Source: an uncultured Candidatus Rokubacteria bacterium (GTDB lineage Bacteria > Methylomirabilota > Methylomirabilia > Rokubacteriales > CSP1-6). Taken from it: 64,000 bases of DNA. Below the pieces are notes generated by a model. That model saw only the letters and a list, made by a program, of their open reading frames with translations, was not told the origin of the DNA and did not search any database. The first letter of the stretch is position 1. Each line of letters starts with the position of its first letter. Made by a program: the position numbers and the translations under genes. Location: the NCBI GenBank assembly GCA_963754315.1, contig CAVWFS010000008.1, positions 192,001 to 256,000 of the forward strand. Direction: 5' to 3'. Of the stretch, positions 1 to 9,578 are shown one piece after another.

Positions 1-2
1 TC

Positions 3-440
3 GCGGTCCGCTACCCCCTCGTCCTGACGTGCGCCAAGATTCCCGAGTTTTGTCACAGCCAGCACCGGGGCTTGCCGGGCCTCCGCCGCCTGGTGCGCGA
101 TCCGCAAGTCGAGATCCATCCGTCGGCGGCCGCTGCCCGCGACGTTGCAAACGGGGATTGGGTGGTCATTGAAACACCAGATGGACGAATACGTGCCCGC
201 GCTCGCTTCAACGAGAGCCTCGACCCGCGGGTCGTCTCAGGCCAGCATGGCTGGTGGCAGGGCTGTGGCCCGCTGAACGCCCCCTCCTACGATCCGTTTA
301 GCGCCGAGGGCGCCAACTACAATCTCCTCATCGGCAATACTGCCTTCGACCCGATCAGCGGCTCCGTACCCCACCGTGCCTACCTCTGCGAAGTCTTTCG
401 TGATTCGGGCGTGCGCCAAGCGGAACATCGCCCATCCTGA
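3..440 (+). CDS. Molybdopterin oxidoreductase, C-terminal molybdopterin-dinucleotide-binding domain (5' truncated by window edge)
   Basis: Frame is open from base 3 (AVRYPLVLTCAKIPEFCHSQHR), then VEIHP..AAARDVANGDWVVIETPDGRI..GQHGWW..ANYNLL..DPISGS, typical of the DMSO-reductase-family C-terminal domain. Confidence 0.9.
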   Translation, partial: AVRYPLVLTCAKIPEFCHSQHRGLPGLRRLVRDPQVEIHPSAAAARDVANGDWVVIETPDGRIRARARFNESLDPRVVSGQHGWWQGCGPLNAPSYDPFSAEGANYNLLIGNTAFDPISGSVPHRAYLCEVFRDSGVRQAEHRPS

Positions 441-488
441 GGTCGATCCTCTGGGCGGGCGGACGCAGCCGCTCGGTGTGTACTGGCC

Positions 489-2540
489 TCAGCCGGTGGC
501 CAGACCACCCGGGATCGAGGGCATGGGCAGCGGGTAGATCTCGACCGTATCGCCCGGCTCGACGCCCAGCATGCGCCTGCCGATCGTGTCGAGCGGGATG
601 ACCTCGCGATTGGGCGCTGTCGTTTCCTCCTTGATCCAGGCACGTAGCGGCGCTGGATGTCGACCGCGCAGCTCGACCAGGCCGCCCGACTCGAGTCCCA
701 TCTGCCGCATCAGGTCGAACGCCAGACGCAAGACACGATGCTTACCGCGCTTGCCCTCGTACGGATCGCGCTCGTCGGCCTGGACTGGAACACGGCGCCG
801 ACGGGCCGCGAGAGCCGCCCGCTGCGTGCGGGTGGCATCAGCATCGACCTCACCGCTGGCCGTGAAGACGACGCCATACCCGTCGCGGGCGCGGGCGAAC
901 GACACGTAGCCGGCCTGTACGTCCGCCAGCACGCGCGCGGGCTCGCGCTCGAGCGGATCACCGAAGCCGCCGCCTCCGGCCGACCGCATGCTGACAATGT
1001 CACCGGCATAGATCAGATGACCGGTCGCCTTGCCAGGGGTCGGGAGATTGGACTCGGCATCATCTCTGAGGACTGAGACGCTGACGGGGGCGGCCGCTCC
1101 TGCGCCACCCATGCCGAAGGGGGGCAGCACGGCTCGATCACTGAGGACCGAGTAACGCGCTTCGCCCGAGAGTAAGCGCAGGTCCCGCCGCAGCCCGAGC
1201 CCGCCCCGGGTGGCTCCCTCGCCGCCAGAGTCCGGCCGGAGTTCGCTGCGATCCACGAGGAGTGGGGTTCCGCTCTCGAGCGCTTCTGCCGACTGGATCG
1301 TCCGCACGTTCCCGAAGTCGATGTTGCCCCAGGCGCTCGCTCCGTCGCCCTCGCGGTAGGCCCCGTTGCCGCCGGCCGGCGCCTCGTAGTACACAAAGTC
1401 GCGTTGCCGCCCCTCGTCTCGGCCGCCGATCGCGTTCGGGAAAGAGGTGCCGCAGAGATCGCCGCACACCAGGTCGGGAACGATCTGAGCGAGGGCGCCC
1501 AGAATGACCGAGACCGCGCGCTTGCGAACCTCGCCGTGGGCGCCGGCCGGAGCATCGAGCTTCACGTCGACGATCGAGGCTGGCGGTGCCTGCAGCCGAA
1601 TGGGTCTGAACGTGCCGTGGTTGATCGGTCCCTCGGGATCGAGGGCGGCCTTCACCGCCACCACGACGCCGGCCCCTACAGTGGCCAACGTAGAGTTGAC
1701 GACACCAGGCACCTGCGCGTTCGATCCGGCAAAATCGGCCACGATCTCGTCGTGCTTCTTCGTCAAGGTCAAGCGCATGAGAACCGGATCGAAGCGGCCA
1801 TTCTCGTAGAACTCGAGATAGTCCTCGTAGACGTACTCCCCGTCGGGCAGGGTGGCGATCCGAGCCCGCAGGCGCCGCTCGGAGCGATCGAGGTTCAACG
1901 CGATGCAGTCGAGCACGGTCTTCTTGCCGTAGCGCGCCAGGAGCTTCCGGATGCGAGTCTCGGCCACCCGGCAGGCGCCGAGGGAGGCGTTGAAGTCGCC
2001 TTGCCGATCGTCGGGCAGCCGCATGTTGGCGAGAAGCAAGGTCATGGCCGCTCGGTTAAGTTGCCCCTCCTCGAGGATCTTGATGGGCGGGATGCGGACG
2101 CCCTCCTGGTAGACGTTCGTGTTGAGGCCGGAATAGCTGCCCGGCGCGCTGCCGCCCACGTCTGCCCAGTGCGCGCGCACAGCGGGGAAGATGAGCAACT
2201 CGCCGCCGTCGAACAGGGGGTAGAGCATCGTCACGTCGTTCAAATGCGTTCCGCCGCGATAGGCGTCGTTCAGGAGCACGACGTCGCCCGCTCGAAGGTC
2301 ACCTTCGAAGTCCTCCATGGCACAGCGCACGGACCACGGCATGGGCAGCACGTGGCCGGGATGGTCCTCGGACTGGGCGATCATCTGCCCGTGGGGATCG
2401 AACAGCGCGCAGGAGAAGTCGTCCATGTCCCAGATCACGGGCGAATACGAGGCGCGAATGACCGTCGCGCGCATCTCGCGCACGATGGCGATGAGGCCCT
2501 CGCAGATGACTTCCAGGGTGATGGGATCGACGTGAGTCAT
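489..2540 (-). CDS. Hydantoinase B/oxoprolinase family protein with extra C-terminal domain
   Basis: DPITLEVI, DFSCALFD, NDAYRGGTHLND, HWADVGG, EGVRIPP, SGGEG..RGGLG and GGGGFGDP motifs, followed by a ~90-aa extension. Confidence 0.93.
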   Translation of the reverse strand: MTHVDPITLEVICEGLIAIVREMRATVIRASYSPVIWDMDDFSCALFDPHGQMIAQSEDHPGHVLPMPWSVRCAMEDFEGDLRAGDVVLLNDAYRGGTHLNDVTMLYPLFDGGELLIFPAVRAHWADVGGSAPGSYSGLNTNVYQEGVRIPPIKILEEGQLNRAAMTLLLANMRLPDDRQGDFNASLGACRVAETRIRKLLARYGKKTVLDCIALNLDRSERRLRARIATLPDGEYVYEDYLEFYENGRFDPVLMRLTLTKKHDEIVADFAGSNAQVPGVVNSTLATVGAGVVVAVKAALDPEGPINHGTFRPIRLQAPPASIVDVKLDAPAGAHGEVRKRAVSVILGALAQIVPDLVCGDLCGTSFPNAIGGRDEGRQRDFVYYEAPAGGNGAYREGDGASAWGNIDFGNVRTIQSAEALESGTPLLVDRSELRPDSGGEGATRGGLGLRRDLRLLSGEARYSVLSDRAVLPPFGMGGAGAAAPVSVSVLRDDAESNLPTPGKATGHLIYAGDIVSMRSAGGGGFGDPLEREPARVLADVQAGYVSFARARDGYGVVFTASGEVDADATRTQRAALAARRRRVPVQADERDPYEGKRGKHRVLRLAFDLMRQMGLESGGLVELRGRHPAPLRAWIKEETTAPNREVIPLDTIGRRMLGVEPGDTVEIYPLPMPSIPGGLATG

Positions 2541-2578
2541 CGCGGCACCTCAACCTTCTCCAGCCGGAATTTGAGCGG

Positions 2579-3331
2579 TCACTGGGCGGTCCAGCCCCCG
2601 TCGATGACCAGTTCGCTACCCGTCACGAACGATGCCTCGTCCGACGCGAGGTAGAGAACGCCGAGGGCAACCTCCTCCGGCTGGCCGTAGCGCCCGAGCG
2701 GGATGCGCGAGAGCGTCAGTCGGAGCTGTTCAGGGTCTGCGCGCCGCTTCTCCGTCATTGCCGTCACGATCGGACCGGGGTGAACGGAGTTCGCCCGGAT
2801 GCCCTCCTTCGCGTACTGGATGGCCGTGGCCTTGGTGAGCAGACGCACGGCGCCCTTGGACGCCTGGTACTGGGGGCTCGAGTTGTCGGTGCCCACCAGC
2901 CCGAGCTGGGAGGAGATGTTGACGATCGATCCGCCCCCCGCCCGCCGCAGGGCCGGGATGACGGCACGCGTGCCGAGGAACACGCCGGTGGCGTTGACGG
3001 CCATGATGCGCTCCCACTGCTCGAGGGTTGTATCCTCGATACGGTTCCCACCTCCGATGCCCGCGTTGTTCACGAGCACATCGAGGCGGCCGTAGAGGTG
3101 CTCCGCTGTCGCCACCGCGCCCTCCCAGTCCGCCTCGCGGGTGACGTCGAGGGTGACGAACGTCGCCGCGCCGCCGGCGGCCTGGATCTCTTCCTGCACG
3201 GCCTTGCCGTCGGCCTCGAGGATGTCGCCGAGAACGACACGCGCCCCTTCGCTCGCGAAGAGACGCGCTTCCACTGCGCCCATCCCGCGCGCCCCGCCGC
3301 TGATGAGGGCGACCTTGCCTGCGAGTCTCAT
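2579..3331 (-). CDS. Short-chain dehydrogenase/reductase (SDR)
   Basis: SGGARGMG, NNAG, YQASK and NSVHPG motifs. Confidence 0.95.
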   Translation of the reverse strand: MRLAGKVALISGGARGMGAVEARLFASEGARVVLGDILEADGKAVQEEIQAAGGAATFVTLDVTREADWEGAVATAEHLYGRLDVLVNNAGIGGGNRIEDTTLEQWERIMAVNATGVFLGTRAVIPALRRAGGGSIVNISSQLGLVGTDNSSPQYQASKGAVRLLTKATAIQYAKEGIRANSVHPGPIVTAMTEKRRADPEQLRLTLSRIPLGRYGQPEEVALGVLYLASDEASFVTGSELVIDGGWTAQ

Positions 3332-5367
3332 ATGCTCCTCCGAGTCAGTGTGATCTCACCGGCCATTCCCACCGCGGCTGTCCACCCGGGCGGAATGACC
3401 GTCGTCGCTCCCATCTCCTCGACGATGGCCGGGCCTTCGAACGGTACTACGCCAGGAAGCCGGTCACGCCGGTAGACCGACGTCGGCATGCGCTCCCCTC
3501 CGAAGATGACCTGACGTACGGCGGGCTGTGCCGCGCCCGCCGTTCCCGACGCGGCCCAGCGAGGAAACGCCGGCTTCGGAATCGCCCCGATCGCGGTGAG
3601 CCGCACGTTGACGATCTCGATGGGACCGTCGGTGGCGTGACCGTATCGACGCTGGTGCGCTTGCCCGAAGGCCGTCTCCAGGACACGCATGGTGTCGGCA
3701 CCCGCCGGCATCTTGACCAGAAGCTCCCACGACTGGCCGACATAGCGCATCCCAAGGGTCCGCGAGAACGAGATGTGCTCTGGGCTGATCCCGGCCACCT
3801 CAAGATCTTCCCGTGCCTCCCGCTGGAGCTCCTCGAATACGTGCTCGATCCCCTTCAGGGTTTCGCCCCGCGTGGGTGTCAGGCGAGTTCTCACGTAGTC
3901 TCGCCGGAGATCGGAGATCAGCGCTCCGAAGGCCGAAAAGTTGCCCGGAGCCGGAGCGATGATGACGCGAGGGATGTCCAGCTCCTCGGCCACGAACGCC
4001 GCATGCATGGGCCCGGCGCCGCCGTAGGCCAGCAGTACGAAGTCCCGGGGGTCGTGGCCCTTGGCGATGGAGATCTCCTTGATCGCGCTCACCATGCGTG
4101 CCACGGCGATGCGGATGATGCCCTCGGCCAGCGCCTCCTCGCCGGAGAGTCCCGCCACACGCCCCAGGAGAGCCCCGAGGGCGTCCCGAGCCAGCTCCTC
4201 ATTGAGCTTGACCACCCCGGCCAGTGGCACCGCCGGCGCCACTCGGTGCAGGACGATATTAGCGTCGGTGATGGTTGGCTCGGTGCCTCCGCGCGCGTAG
4301 CAGGCGGGGCCCGGAATGGCGCCTGCGCTTCGGGGCCCGACCCGGAGAGCCCCCGCCGCGTCTAGCCAGGCGATACTCCCCCCGCCGGCGCCGATCGAGT
4401 TGATCTCGATCTGCGGCGTCCGATTGGGGAGGCCGGCGATGTGCTGCTCGGTGGTGAGCGAGGGTTCGAGATCCTCCACGAGACACACGTCCGTACTCGT
4501 GCCGCCCATGTCATAGGTGATGAGGTTCGGACAGCCGATCAGTCGTCCCAGGCTCACCGCTGCGGCAACTCCACCCGCCGGCCCTGATAGGACGGTGTGA
4601 ACGGGGAAGCGAGCGGCGAGGTCGGAGCTCATGATGCCGCCGCTCGAGGTGGTGATGTAGACACGACCGGCGTAGCCGCGCCCCGCGAGCGCCTGACCCA
4701 GACGTGACAGATAGCCGCCCACCTTGGGACCGATGTACGCGTTGAGCGCGGCCGTGCTGAACCGTTCGTACTCCCTCATCTCCGGCAGGACCTCGGCCGA
4801 CGTGCAGACGAACCAGCCCGGCAACATGTGGTGAGCCATTGCAGCGGCTCGTCGCTCGTGGGTCGGGTTCGCGTAGCTATGAAGGAAGCCGACCACGAGG
4901 GCGGCCGCGTCCTCGCCATCGGCGGCGGCGCAGATGCGTCCCAGCGCGTCGCGCAGGTCGCCGTCGCGCAACTCCTGGCGGACCGTGCCATCGGCCAGGA
5001 CCCGCTCGTCGACCTCGACGACGCGTGGACGCGGTACGGGTGAAGCCGGCTTGAGAGCCCGGATATCGTAGAGCACCGTCCGATTGGTTCGGGCGATCTC
5101 GAGTGTGTCGCGAAAGCCGCGAGTGGTGAGCATCCATACCCGAGCGCCTGCCCGCTCGAGGATCGCGTTGGTGCCGATGGTGGTGCCGTGGACGATCCGA
5201 CTCGTTGTCCGGAGATCGACGGCGAGCGGGGTCAGCGCAGCGAGAATCCCAGTGGTCGGATCGAGCGGGTTCGTCGGTGATTTCCCGAGGGTCAGGGCAC
5301 CGCCGTCCTCGTCATAGAGGACGACGTCGGTGAACGTCCCGCCCACGTCGATCCCGAGCCACAGCAT
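3328..5367 (-). CDS. Hydantoinase A/oxoprolinase family (ATP-binding subunit)
   Basis: GIDVGGTFTD, HGTT, SGPAGG, DMGGTSTD, GAGGGS, GPACY and GGAGPMH motifs. Confidence 0.95.
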   Translation of the reverse strand: MLWLGIDVGGTFTDVVLYDEDGGALTLGKSPTNPLDPTTGILAALTPLAVDLRTTSRIVHGTTIGTNAILERAGARVWMLTTRGFRDTLEIARTNRTVLYDIRALKPASPVPRPRVVEVDERVLADGTVRQELRDGDLRDALGRICAAADGEDAAALVVGFLHSYANPTHERRAAAMAHHMLPGWFVCTSAEVLPEMREYERFSTAALNAYIGPKVGGYLSRLGQALAGRGYAGRVYITTSSGGIMSSDLAARFPVHTVLSGPAGGVAAAVSLGRLIGCPNLITYDMGGTSTDVCLVEDLEPSLTTEQHIAGLPNRTPQIEINSIGAGGGSIAWLDAAGALRVGPRSAGAIPGPACYARGGTEPTITDANIVLHRVAPAVPLAGVVKLNEELARDALGALLGRVAGLSGEEALAEGIIRIAVARMVSAIKEISIAKGHDPRDFVLLAYGGAGPMHAAFVAEELDIPRVIIAPAPGNFSAFGALISDLRRDYVRTRLTPTRGETLKGIEHVFEELQREAREDLEVAGISPEHISFSRTLGMRYVGQSWELLVKMPAGADTMRVLETAFGQAHQRRYGHATDGPIEIVNVRLTAIGAIPKPAFPRWAASGTAGAAQPAVRQVIFGGERMPTSVYRRDRLPGVVPFEGPAIVEEMGATTVIPPGWTAAVGMAGEITLTRRSI

Positions 5368-5376
5368 CGTGCCCGC

Positions 5377-5745
5377 TCAGCCGAGCGCGCCGAGGCGAAC
5401 AATGGTTCGCCGGAGTGTGCCCTCGGCGATCTTCTCGCGGCTGTTGTGGGCCTCCACCGTGAACAGGAGGTGGCTGCCCTCGACGGCGCACAATTCTGCC
5501 ACCACCGTGAACCGCTCTCCAAGCGGCGTGGGCCGCCGGTGCCGGATAGAGATCTCGAAGCCGACCGTCGTCAGGTCAGGGAGCAGAAAGGACTCAGTCG
5601 CCTCCTGCGCTGCCAATTCCATCTCCATGATCATCGACGGCGCGGTCAGGATGCGGCGGCCGCCCACGTGCGCCGTGGTCATCGACTCCGTCACCACGAC
5701 CTGCCGTTCGCCCCGAAGACCGGGTCGGATATCAGAGACGCTCAT
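5377..5745 (-). CDS. Hot-dog-fold thioesterase (fluoroacetyl-CoA thioesterase FlK-like)
   Basis: Start re-called to MSVSDIRPGL; ILTAPSMIMEMELAA..TTVGFEISIRHRRPTPLG..IAEGTLRR pattern. Confidence 0.8.
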   Translation of the reverse strand: MSVSDIRPGLRGERQVVVTESMTTAHVGGRRILTAPSMIMEMELAAQEATESFLLPDLTTVGFEISIRHRRPTPLGERFTVVAELCAVEGSHLLFTVEAHNSREKIAEGTLRRTIVRLGALG

Positions 5746-5789
5746 GGGCACCTTTCCAAGAGGTCGAGGAGAGCGCGGCCGCTCCCCCG

Positions 5790-5925
5790 TCAATTCTGGA
5801 CGATCTTCGATCCTTTCAAGATGATGTCGCCGGATGCCCGAAGGGCAATGGTGCTTCCTTCGATCGTGATCGTTCCATCCCTCTTCATCAAGATACTCGC
5901 CTGACCGGTTGACCTCCTCGTGCGT
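5790..5925 (-). pseudogene. Remnant resembling a VgrG/gp5 spike C-terminal beta-strand repeat tail
   Basis: Minus frame reads STGQASILMKRDGTITIEGSTIALRASGDIILKGSKIVQN*; 51 of 100 bases are G/C over 5791-5890. Confidence 0.55.
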
Positions 5926-5935
5926 GGTACTCGGG

Positions 5936-7156
5936 TCAGGTGGGATCGGCGCGATGGTCGGCCACGATGCGGCCGTCCTTGAGCACGAGCATGAGCGAGC
6001 GAACGTTGTCGACGTCATCGAGTGGATTATCTCGAACCACGATCAGATCGGCCCGCTTGCCTCTTTCCACGGTCCCGACCTCGTCAGCGACACCACTGGC
6101 CTCCGCCGCGTGCTTGGTGGCGGCCTGAAGGGCTTGCCAGGGGGTAGCCCCACTCTTCACCCACAGCCCCAGTTCCAGGAGCGCGCCCTCCCGGACGGGG
6201 CGGACGTCGGAGCCGAGCGCCATCTTGACACCGGCCGCGAGCGCCCGACGAAACCACGTCCGATGCTCGCCCACCGCATCCTCAGCTCGCCTGATCAGGT
6301 CCGGGGTCAGACCGCGCTGCTCGACCCATTGCTTCTCCCACCGTGTGGTGGCCTGGTCCGGCGTCAAGTGCGTGATGCCAAGGGTGGGGACGTACCAGGC
6401 GTCGCGCTCGCGAAGGAGTGCAAGGCACTCGTCGTCCATCGTGTACCCATGCTCCACGGAGTGCGCGCCCCGGCGCAGTGCCGCCTTGACTGCCTCGGGA
6501 TTGGCCGCGTGAGCCATGACCTTGACGCCGCGCTGACGGCAGATGGCGAAAGCGGCCTCCAGCTCGTCCGGCATGAAGAACGAGTGCTGGTGCCGATCCC
6601 ATTCGGGCCCCATGATGCCGCCCGTCAGGTTGAGCTTGATGTGGTCGACGCCAGCCTGGATATGCTCTCGGATCGTGCGCACGAAGCCCAGCGGACCGTC
6701 GCACGGCAGCGCGAATCCTGTGCCCAGGGCGTGGCCAGCGGTGGTGGTGAGAAACCAGCCACACGTGAGCAGGCGCGGACCGACGAGTTGCCCGGCGTCG
6801 AAGGCGCGCTTCAGTGCGACGTCGATGAAGTGTGGCGCTCCTGCCATCCGCATGCCCGTGATGCCGCCCTCGAGCAGGGCCCGCTGGGCATTGGCCAGAT
6901 ATTGCGCGGTCAGCTCGGGCACACTCGCGTGGGGGACGCGAGGCCACTCGAGATGGACGTGCGCGTCCCACAAGCCAGGGAGCACATAGGCGCCCCCGAG
7001 ATCGATGACCCGTGCGCCCCCGGTTACCGGCGATCGGCTCCCCGCTACGACCTCGCCGATGCGATCACCCTCGATGGTGATGCTGGCGCCTTCGGCGATA
7101 CCCGCGGTGACGGCATCGATCAGCTTGGCGTTGGTCAGGACGAGGCGGCTTGGCAC
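5936..7156 (-). CDS. Metal-dependent amidohydrolase family protein
   Basis: PGLWDAHVH, KLNLTGG, AHA, SVEHG, GSD and GKRADL motifs; GTG start at 7156 follows GGAGG. Confidence 0.92.
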   Translation of the reverse strand: MPSRLVLTNAKLIDAVTAGIAEGASITIEGDRIGEVVAGSRSPVTGGARVIDLGGAYVLPGLWDAHVHLEWPRVPHASVPELTAQYLANAQRALLEGGITGMRMAGAPHFIDVALKRAFDAGQLVGPRLLTCGWFLTTTAGHALGTGFALPCDGPLGFVRTIREHIQAGVDHIKLNLTGGIMGPEWDRHQHSFFMPDELEAAFAICRQRGVKVMAHAANPEAVKAALRRGAHSVEHGYTMDDECLALLRERDAWYVPTLGITHLTPDQATTRWEKQWVEQRGLTPDLIRRAEDAVGEHRTWFRRALAAGVKMALGSDVRPVREGALLELGLWVKSGATPWQALQAATKHAAEASGVADEVGTVERGKRADLIVVRDNPLDDVDNVRSLMLVLKDGRIVADHRADPT

Positions 7157-7244
7157 CCGTCCTCCATACCCGGAGATTGCCACCGGGGTCAAGGGTCGAT
7201 GTCTGAGGTTGGACCGAGGCGCCACCCCTGCGGTAGCCTACCCC

Positions 7245-9578
7245 ATGATCGGCCAATCGGTTCGCCGCCGGGAAGACGTTCGATTCCTTACCGGTGGCGG
7301 ATGCTACACCTCCGATCTGCGCCTCGGGGACGTCCTGCACATGGTCGTGGTCCGCAGTCCCCACGCGCACGCTCGGATCCTCCGGATCGACGCGGAGATG
7401 GCGCGCCAGGCGCCTGGTGTGGTCGGCGTGTTCACGATCGACGATCTATCCGAACTGCGGGGCGCCCTTCCCCCGCCCGTCGTCCCCGCGGCCCCGGTCA
7501 AGCCCTATCGGCAATCTGCTCTCGCTGACGGTCTCGTCCGTCACGTCGGGGAGGCTGTGGCCGTGGTGGTCGCCGTCGATGCGTACCGGGCAGCTGATGC
7601 AGCGGAAGTCGTCGGTGTCGAGTACGAGCCACTGGCGGCCACGGTCGACCCCGTGCGAGCCATCGAACGCGATGCCCCGCTCGTCCACGACCACTGGCAA
7701 ACCAACGTGGCGGCGACCGTCGATCTGCAGACCGGGGATCTCGAGAAAGCCCTGCGGGAGGCCACGCTCGTGGTGACCCAGCACCTTCGCTGCGGCCGCC
7801 TCAGCGCGCTGCCGCTGGAGCCGCGGGCTGCCGTCGGGCGGTGGGACCCCACGACCCGTGAACTCCATCTGTGGTCGAGCACGCAAATGCCGTACGGTGT
7901 GCGGCAACGCCTCGCCGAGGCCCTGAAGCTCGACCTCGAGGCGGTGCGGGTCACCGCTCTCGACGTGGGCGGCGGCTTCGGGACGAAAGGTCCCGTGTAT
8001 CCGGAGGAGCTCATCGTCGGCGCGTTGGCGCGTCGCCTCGGCCGGGCCGTTCGTTGGTGTGAGACACGCGAGGGAAGCTTCGTCAGCACCACCCACGCCG
8101 GCGACCAGCTGCATGACGCGACGCTCGCCCTCGACATCGAGGGGAGAATTCTCGCCCTCGCGGACGACTTTCTCATCGACGCCGGCGCGTATCTCCCGCG
8201 CGGTGCCGTGGTGGCCGGAGTCACCGCTGCTCACCTGCTCGGACTCTATCGGATCCCGGTATTCCAGTGCCGCGGCCGCGTGGTGGTGACCCACAAGGTT
8301 CCGAGCGCACCCTACCGAGGCGCCGGCCGCCCCCAGGCGACCTTCGTGGCCGAACGGCTGATGGACATCGCGGCGCGCCGTCTCGGTCTCGATCCGGTCG
8401 AGCTCCGTCGACGCAACCTCATCGGTGCGTCCGACATGCCGTACGATCGTCAGCTGCCGTATCGCGACGGGATGCCGATGATTCACGATTCAGGCGATTA
8501 CCCGACCTTGCTCGAGACGGCGCTGGAGCGCGTCGGCCACGCAACCTTCCGGGCCCGGCAAAGCGCTGCCCGGCGTGAGGGGCGGCTGCTCGGCGCGGGG
8601 GTCGCTGCCTACAACGAGGCCACCGCCATCGGTCCTCATGAGGGTGCTCTTGTCCGCGTTGAGCCCGACGGACGGGTGTGCGTCACCGTGGGGACACCCT
8701 GCCAGGGCCAGGGGCACGAGACGACCTTGGCGCAGATCTGTGCGGAGCGTCTGGACGTTCCTCTGGGCTCCGTGAGCCTGGTGGGAGGAGACACCGCGCG
8801 CTTTCCCGGCAGCGCCGGGACCTATGCCAGCCGCGTGGCGGTTATCGTGGGGACGGCGGTGGCCATGGCCGCGGACGCGGTCCGCGACAAGATCCGACGC
8901 GTGGCAGCGCTGGCCTTCGAATGCGATCCGGCGGACGTGATGGTAGCCAACGGAGGTGCCCAGGTCAGGGGAGCACCGGGTCGTGCTCTCGGTTTGGCCG
9001 AACTGGCCACGGTGGCTTCGCGACCTGACGTCGTGCGGGCGCTCGGCGAGCCGTTTCTCGTCGCCACTCGCTACTACAGCCCCGAGCGGGTGACGTGGGC
9101 TTCAGGTGTTCACGCAGCGCTGGTCGAGGTGGATCGCCTGACGGGGGCCGTGTCGGTTCTCGCGTACCACGCCGTGCACGACGCTGGTCGCGAGATCAAC
9201 CCACGCATCGTCGAGGGGCAGACGCAGGGGGGCGCGGTCCAGGGGATCGGGGCCGCGCTCGGGGAGGAGATCATCTACGACGAAAGCGGCCAGCCGCTCA
9301 CACGCACCCTCATGGACTACGCCCTGCCGCGTGCCGACGGCGTGCCGTGGATCGACGTGGCGAGCCGTGATACTCCGTCACCGCTCAACCCGCTCGGGTT
9401 CAAGGGTACGGGTGAGGGCTCAGCCGTCCCGGGCCCGGCCGTCATCGCCAACGCGGTGGCCGACGCGCTGACTTTGGAAGGTATCGAAATCATCGAGGTG
9501 CCGATCAGGCCCGAGCTGCTTCAAAGGGCCCTCAACGCTCAGGTATACTCGCGCGGAACTGGGGGAGAGCATGGGTGA
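7245..9578 (+). CDS. Xanthine dehydrogenase/CO dehydrogenase family molybdopterin-binding large subunit
   Basis: MIGQSVRRREDVRFLTG, RSPHAHARI, VGGGFGTK, PYRGAGRPQ, QGQGHET and KGTGE motifs. Confidence 0.95.
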   Translation: MIGQSVRRREDVRFLTGGGCYTSDLRLGDVLHMVVVRSPHAHARILRIDAEMARQAPGVVGVFTIDDLSELRGALPPPVVPAAPVKPYRQSALADGLVRHVGEAVAVVVAVDAYRAADAAEVVGVEYEPLAATVDPVRAIERDAPLVHDHWQTNVAATVDLQTGDLEKALREATLVVTQHLRCGRLSALPLEPRAAVGRWDPTTRELHLWSSTQMPYGVRQRLAEALKLDLEAVRVTALDVGGGFGTKGPVYPEELIVGALARRLGRAVRWCETREGSFVSTTHAGDQLHDATLALDIEGRILALADDFLIDAGAYLPRGAVVAGVTAAHLLGLYRIPVFQCRGRVVVTHKVPSAPYRGAGRPQATFVAERLMDIAARRLGLDPVELRRRNLIGASDMPYDRQLPYRDGMPMIHDSGDYPTLLETALERVGHATFRARQSAARREGRLLGAGVAAYNEATAIGPHEGALVRVEPDGRVCVTVGTPCQGQGHETTLAQICAERLDVPLGSVSLVGGDTARFPGSAGTYASRVAVIVGTAVAMAADAVRDKIRRVAALAFECDPADVMVANGGAQVRGAPGRALGLAELATVASRPDVVRALGEPFLVATRYYSPERVTWASGVHAALVEVDRLTGAVSVLAYHAVHDAGREINPRIVEGQTQGGAVQGIGAALGEEIIYDESGQPLTRTLMDYALPRADGVPWIDVASRDTPSPLNPLGFKGTGEGSAVPGPAVIANAVADALTLEGIEIIEVPIRPELLQRALNAQVYSRGTGGEHG

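Noticed and set aside
5909..7528. Long antisense or alternative-frame ORFs (e.g. 1404-2654, 5909-7528, 21629-23410, 26260-27624, 50230-51798)
   Set aside because: They are shadows of well-supported genes, expected at high GC, and show no recognisable motifs
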